Below are positions 53,627 through 62,629 of a stretch of 64,000 nt of DNA, piece by piece. Below the pieces are notes generated by a model. That model saw nothing but the letters and a program-made list of their open reading frames with translations. It was not told the DNA's origin and ran no database searches. Both the position numbers and the translations under genes were made by a program. Source of the DNA: a virus; the IMG/VR virus record IMGVR_UViG_3300028534_000026, positions 2,128-66,127 of that record; one strand, given 5' to 3'. Numbering within the stretch: the stretch's first letter is position 1; each line of letters starts with the position of its first letter.

Positions 53627-54662
53627 TTTTCACCTCCTCCCGGAACTCCTCGTCAATAGCGGATATAAGCAGGTCCACCACGTTGAAATCTGTGACCTCC
53701 TCCTCTGAGATATTTCCTACCGTATAAGCCGGAACTTCCACTTTATTTGAAATCACAAATGCTTCTGACTCTTTCCTGAGCTTTGAATAAGCTCTCAATA
53801 CATCAGGCCATTCCTCAGTAGTACAGGTGCCAGCTATCTTTATGAATGGGAAGTTGGCAATACCCCCACTGAGAAGGGTTTTATAATCGTATTCCTTGTA
53901 AATCCCTTCAATGACACACCTTGAACCATCCGGGGAATAGGATCTGGTGTTGAAGACAGTAAATACCTCTACTCCCGAGGTGTCAGTGTCAATAATGTAA
54001 CAAACTTTCTCTCCACAGTTTGTCAGGTCGCTTATACTGGTAGGGATCTGGTTCCCTGGAATCCACACATTGTCCAGATCCCTCTGAATGTGCTCGTGCC
54101 CGGCGATTACAGTGGCGTCCTTCTCTTTAAGAGTCTTTATCTGCTTTTTGGACAGGTTGGGGCTGCTATCCCCAACAGCAAAGGGGGAATCGACATTACA
54201 ATGGCAGATCATGAAACAGTTTTCCGGGCAATCTTCCACAGCCTTATCAAATTCCTCCTGATTAAACATGTGGGGGATAAGATACAGCCCCTCAAATACC
54301 GCTGGTTCTCCTCTTACCAACATGGAATTGGTGATTAGCGCTTCTGTCATCTCTGCCGAGGAGATGGTATTGTCTTTTACAGCCGCCCTGCCCTCCTCAT
54401 CATGGTTGCCGAGCATAATAACGACTCTCTTCCCCCTAGTTTCCTGATTAAAAGCCTTTATGGTTCTCAGGATGACATGCTCGGGTACAGTCCTCTTATC
54501 ATACAGATCACCGGCCACTACAACGGCATCATACTCCAATTCCTCAAGGAGCCCTTCCAGAGTATTGAACATCCAGTTTTCCATAGCCAGCCTGGATTCC
54601 GGTGTGGCTCCTTTCACTCTTCTGACCCCAAGGTGAAGGTCATTCAAAATTAATATTTTCAT
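53607..54662 (-). CDS. sbcD: SbcD/Mre11-like nuclease
   Basis: LNDLHLG, AGDLYD, LGNHD, ICH and AGHEH metallophosphoesterase motifs. Confidence 0.9.
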   Translation of the reverse strand: MKILILNDLHLGVRRVKGATPESRLAMENWMFNTLEGLLEELEYDAVVVAGDLYDKRTVPEHVILRTIKAFNQETRGKRVVIMLGNHDEEGRAAVKDNTISSAEMTEALITNSMLVRGEPAVFEGLYLIPHMFNQEEFDKAVEDCPENCFMICHCNVDSPFAVGDSSPNLSKKQIKTLKEKDATVIAGHEHIQRDLDNVWIPGNQIPTSISDLTNCGEKVCYIIDTDTSGVEVFTVFNTRSYSPDGSRCVIEGIYKEYDYKTLLSGGIANFPFIKIAGTCTTEEWPDVLRAYSKLRKESEAFVISNKVEVPAYTVGNISEEEVTDFNVVDLLISAIDEEFREEVKNVIEIN

Positions 54663-54985
54663 ACTCTTTTACCTCCGTGCTTGTACCCTCTGGTCTTGTT
54701 TATTTCCAGCTTCTTGGACACGGCTTCATCCATATCTATCCCCAGCCCTGAAGTCATATCCAAAATCCGTATTAATTGGTCAGCACACTCCTCAGCAAAA
54801 TTCTCTTTATCATCCTTTCTGAAAGCCTCTAAAGCCTCACTTGTTTCACTCGTGATCAGGGCTAATACAGCGGGTATTTTGTACTCTGTGTTTTCCCAGT
54901 CGCCCGGAGTGGTAACATTCCACCCATTTGCTTTATTTATGGCTACAATTTTATTTCCCAGTTCGTTCAAGCTCAGTGCTTTCAT
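54659..54985 (-). CDS. mazG: MazG-like NTP pyrophosphohydrolase
   Basis: LALITSETSEALEA...EECADQLIRILD. Confidence 0.85.
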   Translation of the reverse strand: MKALSLNELGNKIVAINKANGWNVTTPGDWENTEYKIPAVLALITSETSEALEAFRKDDKENFAEECADQLIRILDMTSGLGIDMDEAVSKKLEINKTRGYKHGGKRV

Positions 54986-55410
54986 TCTATCATCTCCAGT
55001 AACTTTTCGATAAATTCTTCGATCCCATTAAGCTCCACCCCGAGGCCATCACCAAACACCCATGACGGTTTTCCTGGAGCGAGACTCCTTACCTCAGCCA
55101 TAAACAACCTGTCCGGAACATAAAAGTGTACCAGAATTATTCCGGCTACACCGGCCATAGACCAATCAAGCATGTCGGTGTGCTGAGAGAATTTGGGGAG
55201 CCTGAGCGTTTTTGATTTTGATGTTTTACACTCTATGTGGGCGGCGTCTCCCCAGTTTGAGACAAAGAAGTCTGCAGGTTGGGCTGGTATTCTTCCGTGA
55301 GCCGCCCTTGCATCAGGCAACCTGCGGTACTTGAATTTTTTGTTATCTCTCTGGAATTTTATCAGCTCTGTTTCCACAGCTTCTTCCAAATATTTTCCAT
55401 CATTTTTCAT
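54982..55410 (-). CDS. RecU-like Holliday junction resolvase (PD-(D/E)XK)
   Basis: GKYLEE...RRLPD...PADF...HIECKT. Confidence 0.7.
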   Translation of the reverse strand: MKNDGKYLEEAVETELIKFQRDNKKFKYRRLPDARAAHGRIPAQPADFFVSNWGDAAHIECKTSKSKTLRLPKFSQHTDMLDWSMAGVAGIILVHFYVPDRLFMAEVRSLAPGKPSWVFGDGLGVELNGIEEFIEKLLEMIE

Positions 55411-55597
55411 CTTTCTCTCCTGGTTTGGTCGAAGCACACCATATTGATTTTACCTTCCTCCCTACGGGTATCTCTTTAGTATCGCAGCGCTTGCCGCTGT
55501 CCAATCTCCTACCTATAGCAGGGGCTAAATCGACTGGTACTCCTTCCGGCACCCCGTCAATTATGTAACCTATCACCTGGCCTGCTTCATTGAACAC
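55400..55597 (-). CDS. hypothetical protein
   Basis: 65-aa ORF co-oriented with the operon. Confidence 0.5.
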   Translation of the reverse strand: MFNEAGQVIGYIIDGVPEGVPVDLAPAIGRRLDSGKRCDTKEIPVGRKVKSIWCASTKPGEKDEK

Positions 55598-55611
55598 ATT
55601 TTATACATGGT

Positions 55612-55884
55612 TTACCCATTTCCTGCCTCCTCAAAATTAAACCCTTCTGTCTCCCACAACTGTCCCAATACTACACAGTTATGTACCCCTATCACGGCTT
55701 CTCTGACTCTTTGGCACACAGCACAGGTCTTGTATGTAGCGAACACACCGTCCCATACTCCTGTCAGCTTGTGGTACTTCTCACCGGGAAGTATCTCAGA
55801 CCCACACTCACAACAAGCGTAGGTTTTTCTTGCGGTCGGGGTAGTCTCCCAAAAAGTTGTCGCCGGCTCTGCTATGTCGCACAT
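55612..55884 (-). CDS. small zinc-binding phage protein
   Basis: ARKTYACCECG.EI.PGEKY...KTCAVC. Confidence 0.75.
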   Translation of the reverse strand: MCDIAEPATTFWETTPTARKTYACCECGSEILPGEKYHKLTGVWDGVFATYKTCAVCQRVREAVIGVHNCVVLGQLWETEGFNFEEAGNG

Positions 55885-56546
55885 ATTCTCTCCTGTATTT
55901 TATGGGGTAGATTGTGTTTCCGGATGAACTCATTTCGGGCTTCGCAAGCTTCCCAGGCGGTGGGGAATATTCCAAGATAGGCGTATTTTTTGGGGAGCCT
56001 GATACTTGAGATAGAGACTGAGAACTTATTCGACTTGGTCTTTACTACCCCTGTGTATCCGGATGTGTTGTCCTTCCTCGTCCTCTGGTTGTTTGAATTT
56101 ATCTCAGGTGTGACCCACCTGCAGTTGCTTGGTTCGTAGTCCCCTTCATTATCAATCCTATCTATCTGCAATTTATCTGAGTACCCATTTGCTAGCGCCC
56201 ACGTGATGAAATTGCCGGCATCCCTCCAGTCTTGGCATACTTCTATTCCCCTCCCTCCATAGTTTTTATAACTGTGGTCTTTTGGATTAGCACACCTGCT
56301 TATGATATGTTCCCATATAGAATACAGCCTTGTGTCACTAAACCCGTGCTTTACCCTGTTTTCAGTTTGAACGCATCCACAGGACGTTGTGTGACCCACC
56401 CTTAAATTTCCTCCTGTTACTGTGCACTTACCACCACAGTCACATACGCAGTCCCACATCTTCTGACCCCACTTATCTGTACCTGCTGAAGAAACTACCG
56501 TTAATCTGCCGTGCCTATTTCCTGTCTCGTCTATTGCTTTCGGCAT
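55872..56546 (-). CDS. HNH homing endonuclease with AP2-like domain
   Basis: WDCVCDCG, TTSCGC, YKNYGGRGI, IDRIDNEGDYEPSNCRW, NTSGYTGV; start re-picked at MPKAID. Confidence 0.9.
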   Translation of the reverse strand: MPKAIDETGNRHGRLTVVSSAGTDKWGQKMWDCVCDCGGKCTVTGGNLRVGHTTSCGCVQTENRVKHGFSDTRLYSIWEHIISRCANPKDHSYKNYGGRGIEVCQDWRDAGNFITWALANGYSDKLQIDRIDNEGDYEPSNCRWVTPEINSNNQRTRKDNTSGYTGVVKTKSNKFSVSISSIRLPKKYAYLGIFPTAWEACEARNEFIRKHNLPHKIQERICAT

Positions 56547-56676
56547 CTTTATCTCTCCTCTCTTTTTGCCAATAAGGTGACGTGCAATGTGGGCACCGTT
56601 TCGGTGTCGTTTGTATCCTGGGGAACCACGTATGCCCGCATCGCTTACAACATAACTCTTCAACAACTCTTTTCAT
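56515..56676 (-). CDS. 53-aa zinc-ribbon protein (not in ORF track)
   Basis: MKRVVEELCCKRCGHTWFPRIQTTPKRCPHCTSPYW...; GGAGG RBS. Confidence 0.75.
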   Translation of the reverse strand: MKRVVEELCCKRCGHTWFPRIQTTPKRCPHCTSPYWQKERRDKDAESNRRDRK

Positions 56677-56696
56677 TGTTATACCTCCATGGTGGT

Positions 56697-56726
56697 AGTA
56701 TATGCCATATTACTTGATTGAGTCAA
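56697..56726 (-). promoter_or_regulatory. sigma70-type promoter for the Zn-ribbon/HNH pair
   Basis: TTGACT-N18-TATACT overlapping the polymerase stop. Confidence 0.55.
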
Positions 56727-59700
56727 CGACTTTCTGAATTTTCTCTGCATCGAACTCGTCTCCAATCTCTATGAGGGACCCGTAGTTCTTGCCCACCTCT
56801 ATACTGGACCGGAAGTCTATCTCGAAGTCGCAAAACCTCTGACACATGATCGGGTGTACCACTTCAATGAACCCCACTACATCGTCTCTATGGACAATAA
56901 AGTCCACCTGGTCATGGGTTGTACCAAGAAAAAACGCGTCAAATTTCTCCAGTATTTTCTCTTTCCATAGCCTCCTCAATACCAGTTTGACCTGGGACGC
57001 TGCGCCCCCTTGCACGATATGGTTTCCTGCTCCCCGGAGCACATGGGCTTTATTGGCATGGGTGATCTCTCTCCAAATATGTCTGATTCTACCCATCGGG
57101 GTTACAGCCCAACCCCGCTGTTCGTGGATCTCCTTCATCCTGTCGATCCATACCTGAACCCCTGGAAACATCTCATCAAAAGCATCAAGCAGTGCCTGTG
57201 CTTCGTCCTCAGAACACAAGAGGTCAGTAGCCAACCCTGCAGCCTGACCATCATAAGTCTTCCTGAAGTTTGCTGGCTTCGCTTTTTTGTTCCTGATGTC
57301 AGCCAGGGCCTTGTCTTCCTTACGCTTGGCAGCGAACTCCTCATACGTCATTGGCTTCTCTGCCTTCTGATTGTAAATAGCTGTACCGGTCTTGGAGTGG
57401 ATATCATCCCAGTCACCGGTGAAACAGGCAAGCATATTTTCATCCTGGGAGTGCCAGGCTATATGAGCCAACTCCTGAGAACTGAAGTCCAGTGATACCC
57501 ACAGGTACTCATCCGAATATGGGGTGTAGACCTGTCTAAGCTCTCCATCCTTGGCAAGCTGGGCGTCATTCGGGCCGGAAGCTGTCCCCCTCCCAGACTT
57601 CTGTGCTGAAATCTTGAACTGGGGGTGAATGTAACCATCAGAATAGTGAGGCATATTCTTATAGGGCTTGTAATACAGGGAGGCCATGGTTCTGGTCTTC
57701 TTGGCTTTTAATAAAAGCTCTATCAGTTCCCTAGCCTTTTCATTGTCATCCCCTTGCAAGTCATATACAATTGCATGTTTGAAGGCGTCCTCATTCGCAG
57801 ACGGATTACCCTCCTTCTGCCCTTTCTCCCTCATCTTGTCAGTAACTTTCCCGCGAATCCGGACAGGTAGCCCCATGAAATCATACATAAGAGAGCAAAG
57901 CTGCTTTGGACTCTGCAGGTTTAATTCTGGATCTGGAGCAAAAGCATCTGCAACCAGAGTATTCAGGCTGTCCAGATCGTTCTCCCTGACACAATCAGCA
58001 AATGCGTGATCACCCTGCTCTTCAATTATACCCGCGATCTTGTCCAGTTTTCTGACCTTGAATTTCAGGTCCCAGCCTGTGTAATCCTTATACAGTCTCT
58101 TGATCTCTTTGGGAGTAAGCTTGGTCGCCGGTACAAACACACTTCCGGGCCATCGGTGGACAATCTTTTTCGGTTTGACTTCCTTCTTCGGCTCGGGTTT
58201 CAACTCCCCTTTTTTCATTTTGAGGAAGTCTTCAGCCGATATCCTTTTCGGTTTGGACTCTTCCGGGAAAACCTCCTCCTCCCAAGTCAGAGTAACCAAA
58301 TGATCCTGAATCTTTGAATAGAGTTCCTGGAACTCCTTCTCATTCTTCTCATCCAGCTCCTCCAGCTTCTCCATATCCGGGCGGAACCCGTTGATGAACT
58401 TCTCAGTATACATGAATTGAGCAGGGACATCACAGGTCTCATAACAATTCCATGACCCCTCGTAATCCATAACCGCCCTGAACAGTCTGTATAGAGCCGC
58501 CGTACAGATGGTGTCATCACACCCATAGGATAATACCTCTTCCCCTGTCAGTTCATTCATGTCCCTGCCTCCTGTCACCTCTTCATAGGTGGCCTGAGCG
58601 TAACCGAGATGGCTGAGAGAGTTATCTTTCAAACCGGTGGGTAACAGCTCATCCACATACCCAGACATGATCTGAGTGTCATGTAGGAGTTGTGGTAACC
58701 ATCCACGATCAAACCTGAGCTCATATAACAACCTGAACACAGTTAGTTCGAAGTTCGAGTTATGGACAATAAGGGGTACCCCGGCGTCCTCATCAGGGAG
58801 CATGTTAAGGATATCTTCTGCGTCCTTGTGAGAGATGCAGTCTGTATCCTTATGTTCAATGGGAAAGTAATACGTCAGGTTACTGTTTGGCCCAGTCGTA
58901 ATAGAGAACCCGGTTATGACCTGCCCGAGTACATCCAGAGGCATTTTGCCCTGTTTGTTCTTATTGGCTTCCATCCACTTCTTGCCCGCCTCAGTTGTAT
59001 AAGACTCAATATCAATTGAGTTCAAAGGGGCGGACCAGAGGAGCTCCTGAAGCTTCTCCTTAAATTGTGGTGTGAGTTTCCCTTTCGTGATCAGCTCTTC
59101 CTTCGGATCGTACTCAGGAAAAACATTCTGGAATCCTTTTGGATACCCTGCTCTCCACTCTATATCCAGCCCAGGGTCGTGGAATTTCACACACTCCCAA
59201 GTATCATAGACATCCGACTCTTGGTCGATAATCTTCTGGAACGGTGGGAACTCCTTTACATAGTCTTCCAACTGCCTGATTGTACCATCTTCAAACATCT
59301 CGGCCAGATCGTCCATCACATCCACATCAAATTCGGCCATCATTTTGATGGCAGTGGCCTCCCCGAACCCTTTCACACCTGGCAGCTTATCAGATGTGTC
59401 ACCTACCAACGTCTTGAATACCTGAATCCGTTTTCCGGTAAGCCCAAAGAACTTGTCAGGGTTGATCTCACCCTTATAATACACATCTCCGGCTGCCAGA
59501 AGATCCTTGTCCCCCGACCAGATAATCGAATCCATATTGGCAGCCATTTTTGCAATAAGGTCGTCAGCCTCCCACCCATCTTTATGAGCAACAAGGCCCC
59601 CATACCCTATGATAAGTTCTTCTACCATGCTCTGGGCCTTGTAGAAAGAATCCATCCATGCAGGGTGTGAGGGTTTCCGGACACAGTACCCAGGTATGAT

Positions 59701-59940
59701 AGCCCTCCTCATCTCTTTACACTTGTACCCGTCCTTCACCATGATGACCTGACTGGGGACCATATCAAGATCCTTGAGGGTCTTCTTTAAGCTCATCAGG
59801 AACACATTAAACCCGGTTTCCGGGTCCGGTATCTTGACAATCTTTCCTTCCCAATCTTCCTGGGAAGCTGTACTCTTTCCAGCTGAAACGTGCAGGCAAG
59901 CCTTTAGTATGTGGCTGGAATCCATGATTAATCTCTTCAT
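56710..59940 (-). CDS. polA: family A DNA polymerase with fused 5'-3' and 3'-5' exonuclease domains
   Basis: WEADDLI and LVGDTSDKLPGVKGFG (5' exo); IDIE, HNSNFE, YGCDD (3' exo); motif A LDFSSQE, motif B KPANF..TY, motif C HDQ. Confidence 0.92.
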   Translation of the reverse strand: MKRLIMDSSHILKACLHVSAGKSTASQEDWEGKIVKIPDPETGFNVFLMSLKKTLKDLDMVPSQVIMVKDGYKCKEMRRAIIPGYCVRKPSHPAWMDSFYKAQSMVEELIIGYGGLVAHKDGWEADDLIAKMAANMDSIIWSGDKDLLAAGDVYYKGEINPDKFFGLTGKRIQVFKTLVGDTSDKLPGVKGFGEATAIKMMAEFDVDVMDDLAEMFEDGTIRQLEDYVKEFPPFQKIIDQESDVYDTWECVKFHDPGLDIEWRAGYPKGFQNVFPEYDPKEELITKGKLTPQFKEKLQELLWSAPLNSIDIESYTTEAGKKWMEANKNKQGKMPLDVLGQVITGFSITTGPNSNLTYYFPIEHKDTDCISHKDAEDILNMLPDEDAGVPLIVHNSNFELTVFRLLYELRFDRGWLPQLLHDTQIMSGYVDELLPTGLKDNSLSHLGYAQATYEEVTGGRDMNELTGEEVLSYGCDDTICTAALYRLFRAVMDYEGSWNCYETCDVPAQFMYTEKFINGFRPDMEKLEELDEKNEKEFQELYSKIQDHLVTLTWEEEVFPEESKPKRISAEDFLKMKKGELKPEPKKEVKPKKIVHRWPGSVFVPATKLTPKEIKRLYKDYTGWDLKFKVRKLDKIAGIIEEQGDHAFADCVRENDLDSLNTLVADAFAPDPELNLQSPKQLCSLMYDFMGLPVRIRGKVTDKMREKGQKEGNPSANEDAFKHAIVYDLQGDDNEKARELIELLLKAKKTRTMASLYYKPYKNMPHYSDGYIHPQFKISAQKSGRGTASGPNDAQLAKDGELRQVYTPYSDEYLWVSLDFSSQELAHIAWHSQDENMLACFTGDWDDIHSKTGTAIYNQKAEKPMTYEEFAAKRKEDKALADIRNKKAKPANFRKTYDGQAAGLATDLLCSEDEAQALLDAFDEMFPGVQVWIDRMKEIHEQRGWAVTPMGRIRHIWREITHANKAHVLRGAGNHIVQGGAASQVKLVLRRLWKEKILEKFDAFFLGTTHDQVDFIVHRDDVVGFIEVVHPIMCQRFCDFEIDFRSSIEVGKNYGSLIEIGDEFDAEKIQKVVDSIK

Positions 59941-60230
59941 AGTACCTCCTCCAGAAATGCCAGAACGTCATCTGATTGAACGTAACATTCTGCCCACCTG
60001 TTGATAGTCCCAGCGCAGATACAAAGCTCTACACCCGGCTTCAAGTTCTTAATGTCATCTATATAGTATGATTCATACCCGGTCGGACCCCCGCGGAAAT
60101 ACAGAATATCATTCCTCACTTCCATCGAGAGCTCCCTTGTTGTCTCTTCTTTCACCCGGTGGATAAAGGTGTCTGTGGCATTTGACCAGTGCCCTTTCTT
60201 CACCACCCACCTAGCTTTTATCTTCTTCAT
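59937..60230 (-). CDS. hypothetical protein
   Basis: 97-aa ORF with ATGA overlaps. Confidence 0.7.
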   Translation of the reverse strand: MKKIKARWVVKKGHWSNATDTFIHRVKEETTRELSMEVRNDILYFRGGPTGYESYYIDDIKNLKPGVELCICAGTINRWAECYVQSDDVLAFLEEVL

Positions 60231-60898
60231 CCCGTTTTCCTCATGTAATAATTGACAGTGGCCCTCATATCGATATCAAGATCCTGTTTTGAGAGCCAGC
60301 CCAGGTAACTTTTCGGTACGTCCTTCATCCTCTCCCCCTTGTGCTTGCCCCACGGCATCAGCTGTAGCACCAGAGGCTCTTTTGCCCATGGGATGAGAGC
60401 CTCCACTGACATCTCAGCCCCTTGGCAAAGGTATTTCAACAGGAATGAGGTCTGAAGTACATCCATCCCAGCGCTATGGGATACCATGGCCGGCAGGTCA
60501 CAATAACAGAGCAGTGTAGCCAGCTTGTGATCAGGGGCGTCAGGGAGCAGCCTCCTTGACAACCTGAGTGTGCACAGCTCATCCACGATATTAACGTGGG
60601 GTTCCAGCAGGGGCCGGTCAAAAGCGGTATTATGAGCCGCCAAGATTATGGGGCCTTCCGGGAATCTGACCTCAGTTATCTTTGGAAACTTCCCAGATTT
60701 TATGTCCTCGTCCCTGATTCCGTGGACACCAGCGGCCGCGCAGTTGATTGGTTTTTCCGGATCTACAGTGTGGACAGTGGGAACCCCTACTGCCATACCT
60801 CTGTAATTTATCTCAACCCATGACACCTCTACAATGGCCTTATCGTCCTCCAGGCCAGTCGTTTCGGTATCCATCACGAATATTCTTGGTTTATTCAT
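60227..60898 (-). CDS. DnaQ/ExoX-like 3'-5' exonuclease
   Basis: MDTETTG, AAHNTAFD, CTLRL, SHSAGMD; C-terminal MPWGKHKG. Confidence 0.88.
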   Translation of the reverse strand: MNKPRIFVMDTETTGLEDDKAIVEVSWVEINYRGMAVGVPTVHTVDPEKPINCAAAGVHGIRDEDIKSGKFPKITEVRFPEGPIILAAHNTAFDRPLLEPHVNIVDELCTLRLSRRLLPDAPDHKLATLLCYCDLPAMVSHSAGMDVLQTSFLLKYLCQGAEMSVEALIPWAKEPLVLQLMPWGKHKGERMKDVPKSYLGWLSKQDLDIDMRATVNYYMRKTG

Positions 60899-61308
60899 TT
60901 TGTAACCCCCCAATTACTTAAGGCAATATCATGAATAATGGCCTTTGGTTTAAAAATCACCTTATAATGGTATACACTGGCTACTGCAGGATCTAACTGT
61001 TCTACAAAATAGGATACATTGTCAGACAGCCCCAAGAAATGCTTTTTGTACACATCTTCCCCGGTTTTACACGTCACTTCAAGCTGGCCTCCCTGATCAG
61101 AAATAGAACACAACCCCTCTATTGAAAGAAGGTATGTATCCGTAATCCCGTTAAAGAATACTACCCTCCTGTTGATCTGAAACATGTCAGCTGCCTTTGA
61201 CAGATTCTTCGAGGCAATATCAGAATCTGTACTGCACGAGGATAATACTACTAGGCACAGACCAGTGAACAATAAAACTGCTTTACAAACTGATTGGTTG
61301 CTTATCAT
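60895..61308 (-). CDS. phage lipoprotein
   Basis: Lipobox VLSSC; SKNLSKAADMFQINRRVVFFNGIT pattern. Confidence 0.75.
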   Translation of the reverse strand: MISNQSVCKAVLLFTGLCLVVLSSCSTDSDIASKNLSKAADMFQINRRVVFFNGITDTYLLSIEGLCSISDQGGQLEVTCKTGEDVYKKHFLGLSDNVSYFVEQLDPAVASVYHYKVIFKPKAIIHDIALSNWGVTK

Positions 61309-61325
61309 AACTAAGCCCTCCATAC

Positions 61326-61349
61326 AAGAAAGGCCGCCCGAAGGCGGCC
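61326..61349 (-). terminator. intrinsic terminator
   Basis: GGCCGCC/GGCGGCC stem, 4-nt loop, TTTCTT tail on the minus strand. Confidence 0.7.
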
Positions 61350-61360
61350 ACAGTTAAGGA

Positions 61361-62149
61361 TTAATCACTTACCGGAGTGTACTCCGCCAGAACGTCCAGA
61401 GGAACCGGCTTGAAGTCTGTGGTAGTATAAGACATATCACCGGTATGGGAGACAGCCACGACTCTCATGCAGTGCCTGTGACTGGGCACCATCTTACCCT
61501 GCCTCTCAAAGAGCATGGTCTGCATGGTAAATTTCTTGAGCTGTCTGGAAGAAGTAGGAGATACTGAAATCTGGACCACTCCAAGTTCCTTGGCTTTATC
61601 AGCATTCTTCTCGGCATTGAAGATCACTGCGAAGACATCCCTGTATTTGGAGACTTTATTAGGCTCATACCCGGCATTTTCGATCTCCTCCTTCCACTCG
61701 TCAATGGTGATGTCAGGTTCGCCATCCAGCCCAGGTATGACTTTTCCATCATATGAGGCCCGGCAGAGTTTTTTGGCCTTCTTATCACTCTGCTCTGCGT
61801 CAGGTGTGATCATCCAGCGGTCAGAGGTAGAGAGAACCTGAACATCAATGAACTCTCCCATAATAATGTCGCCACAAACGAGGGAGCCGTTCGATCCAAC
61901 AACCCGGTCAAACAGATTCCCGTATTCCTTAGCGTCAAAGACGTTTTCTAGGGATTTGATGGATGGCGCTTGAGGGAGTACATCAGTGGAGACATCTGTA
62001 CCGGCTGTGGTGGCTGGCACTTCAGCAGGGGCTCCCTGGGCGGTTTCTTCAGGAGCAGCTTCTTTAGCGGACTCCTGAGTAGTTTCTTCGGCAGGCTTAG
62101 CGGCGGTTTCGGTGGTAGGCTTCTTAACTTTGTTTCTTACAAGACCCAT
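61361..62149 (-). CDS. putative ssDNA-binding/replication protein
   Basis: Own promoter and terminator; flexible Ala/Glu/Thr N-terminus; beta-rich core; replication context. SSB function is a weak inference. Confidence 0.4.
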   Translation of the reverse strand: MGLVRNKVKKPTTETAAKPAEETTQESAKEAAPEETAQGAPAEVPATTAGTDVSTDVLPQAPSIKSLENVFDAKEYGNLFDRVVGSNGSLVCGDIIMGEFIDVQVLSTSDRWMITPDAEQSDKKAKKLCRASYDGKVIPGLDGEPDITIDEWKEEIENAGYEPNKVSKYRDVFAVIFNAEKNADKAKELGVVQISVSPTSSRQLKKFTMQTMLFERQGKMVPSHRHCMRVVAVSHTGDMSYTTTDFKPVPLDVLAEYTPVSD

Positions 62150-62172
62150 AATGGACCTCCTTTCAAATGGCG

Positions 62173-62228
62173 CAGGCTACAGGTTAGCTGTTATTGGTTT
62201 CAGGTTGTAGGCTGCAGGTTATAGGTTA
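62173..62228 (-). repeat. degenerate 7-bp array x8 in the 5' UTR
   Basis: taaccta taacctg cagccta caacctg aaaccaa taacagc taacctg tagcctg. Confidence 0.8.
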
Positions 62229-62252
62229 GTGTTCCGTAAGGGAACAGGGTAC

Positions 62253-62281
62253 AACATACTTACTTTTCAAACGAAAGTCAA
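62253..62281 (-). promoter_or_regulatory. sigma70-type promoter
   Basis: TTGACT-N17-TATGTT. Confidence 0.65.
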
Positions 62282-62629
62282 CTACTTTTCCTCAGAAAGT
62301 TCCTTCAAATACTCGGTAGCCTTAATTTCCAGGATACTCAGAGATTTATCAGCCACGTTCTGGATCCTCTCGTTGTTGGCTATTTTAGGGATCAGCCAGA
62401 TAGCCGCTGCTTCTTTCTGTGTTGGCACAGCTAAGACAATAAACATGAAAAGCGCCCCTACAAAGGCCAAGAGCCACCCTACTTTCTTCCCGCCTCGAAT
62501 AGTGTGGCTATCCCCAGGCTCCACCAAAGCAAAAAGTGTGAGAATAGCTGTCACTACCAGACCAACAACACCTGTAAGGTTTATGACATCCAGCCTGGTA
62601 AACAGGTACATCGTAAATGGTGTAATCAT
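62282..62629 (-). CDS. membrane protein
   Basis: Two hydrophobic segments; AGGAG RBS. Confidence 0.7.
   Translation of the reverse strand: MITPFTMYLFTRLDVINLTGVVGLVVTAILTLFALVEPGDSHTIRGGKKVGWLLAFVGALFMFIVLAVPTQKEAAAIWLIPKIANNERIQNVADKSLSILEIKATEYLKELSEEK

Noticed and set aside
48553-54985. 2-aminoadenine (Z-genome) pathway
   Set aside because: No PurZ or DatZ in the window; the hydrolases alone are not diagnostic.
56710-59940. Intein or intron explaining the PolA length
   Set aside because: The length is explained by the fused 5' exonuclease; no splice motifs were seen.
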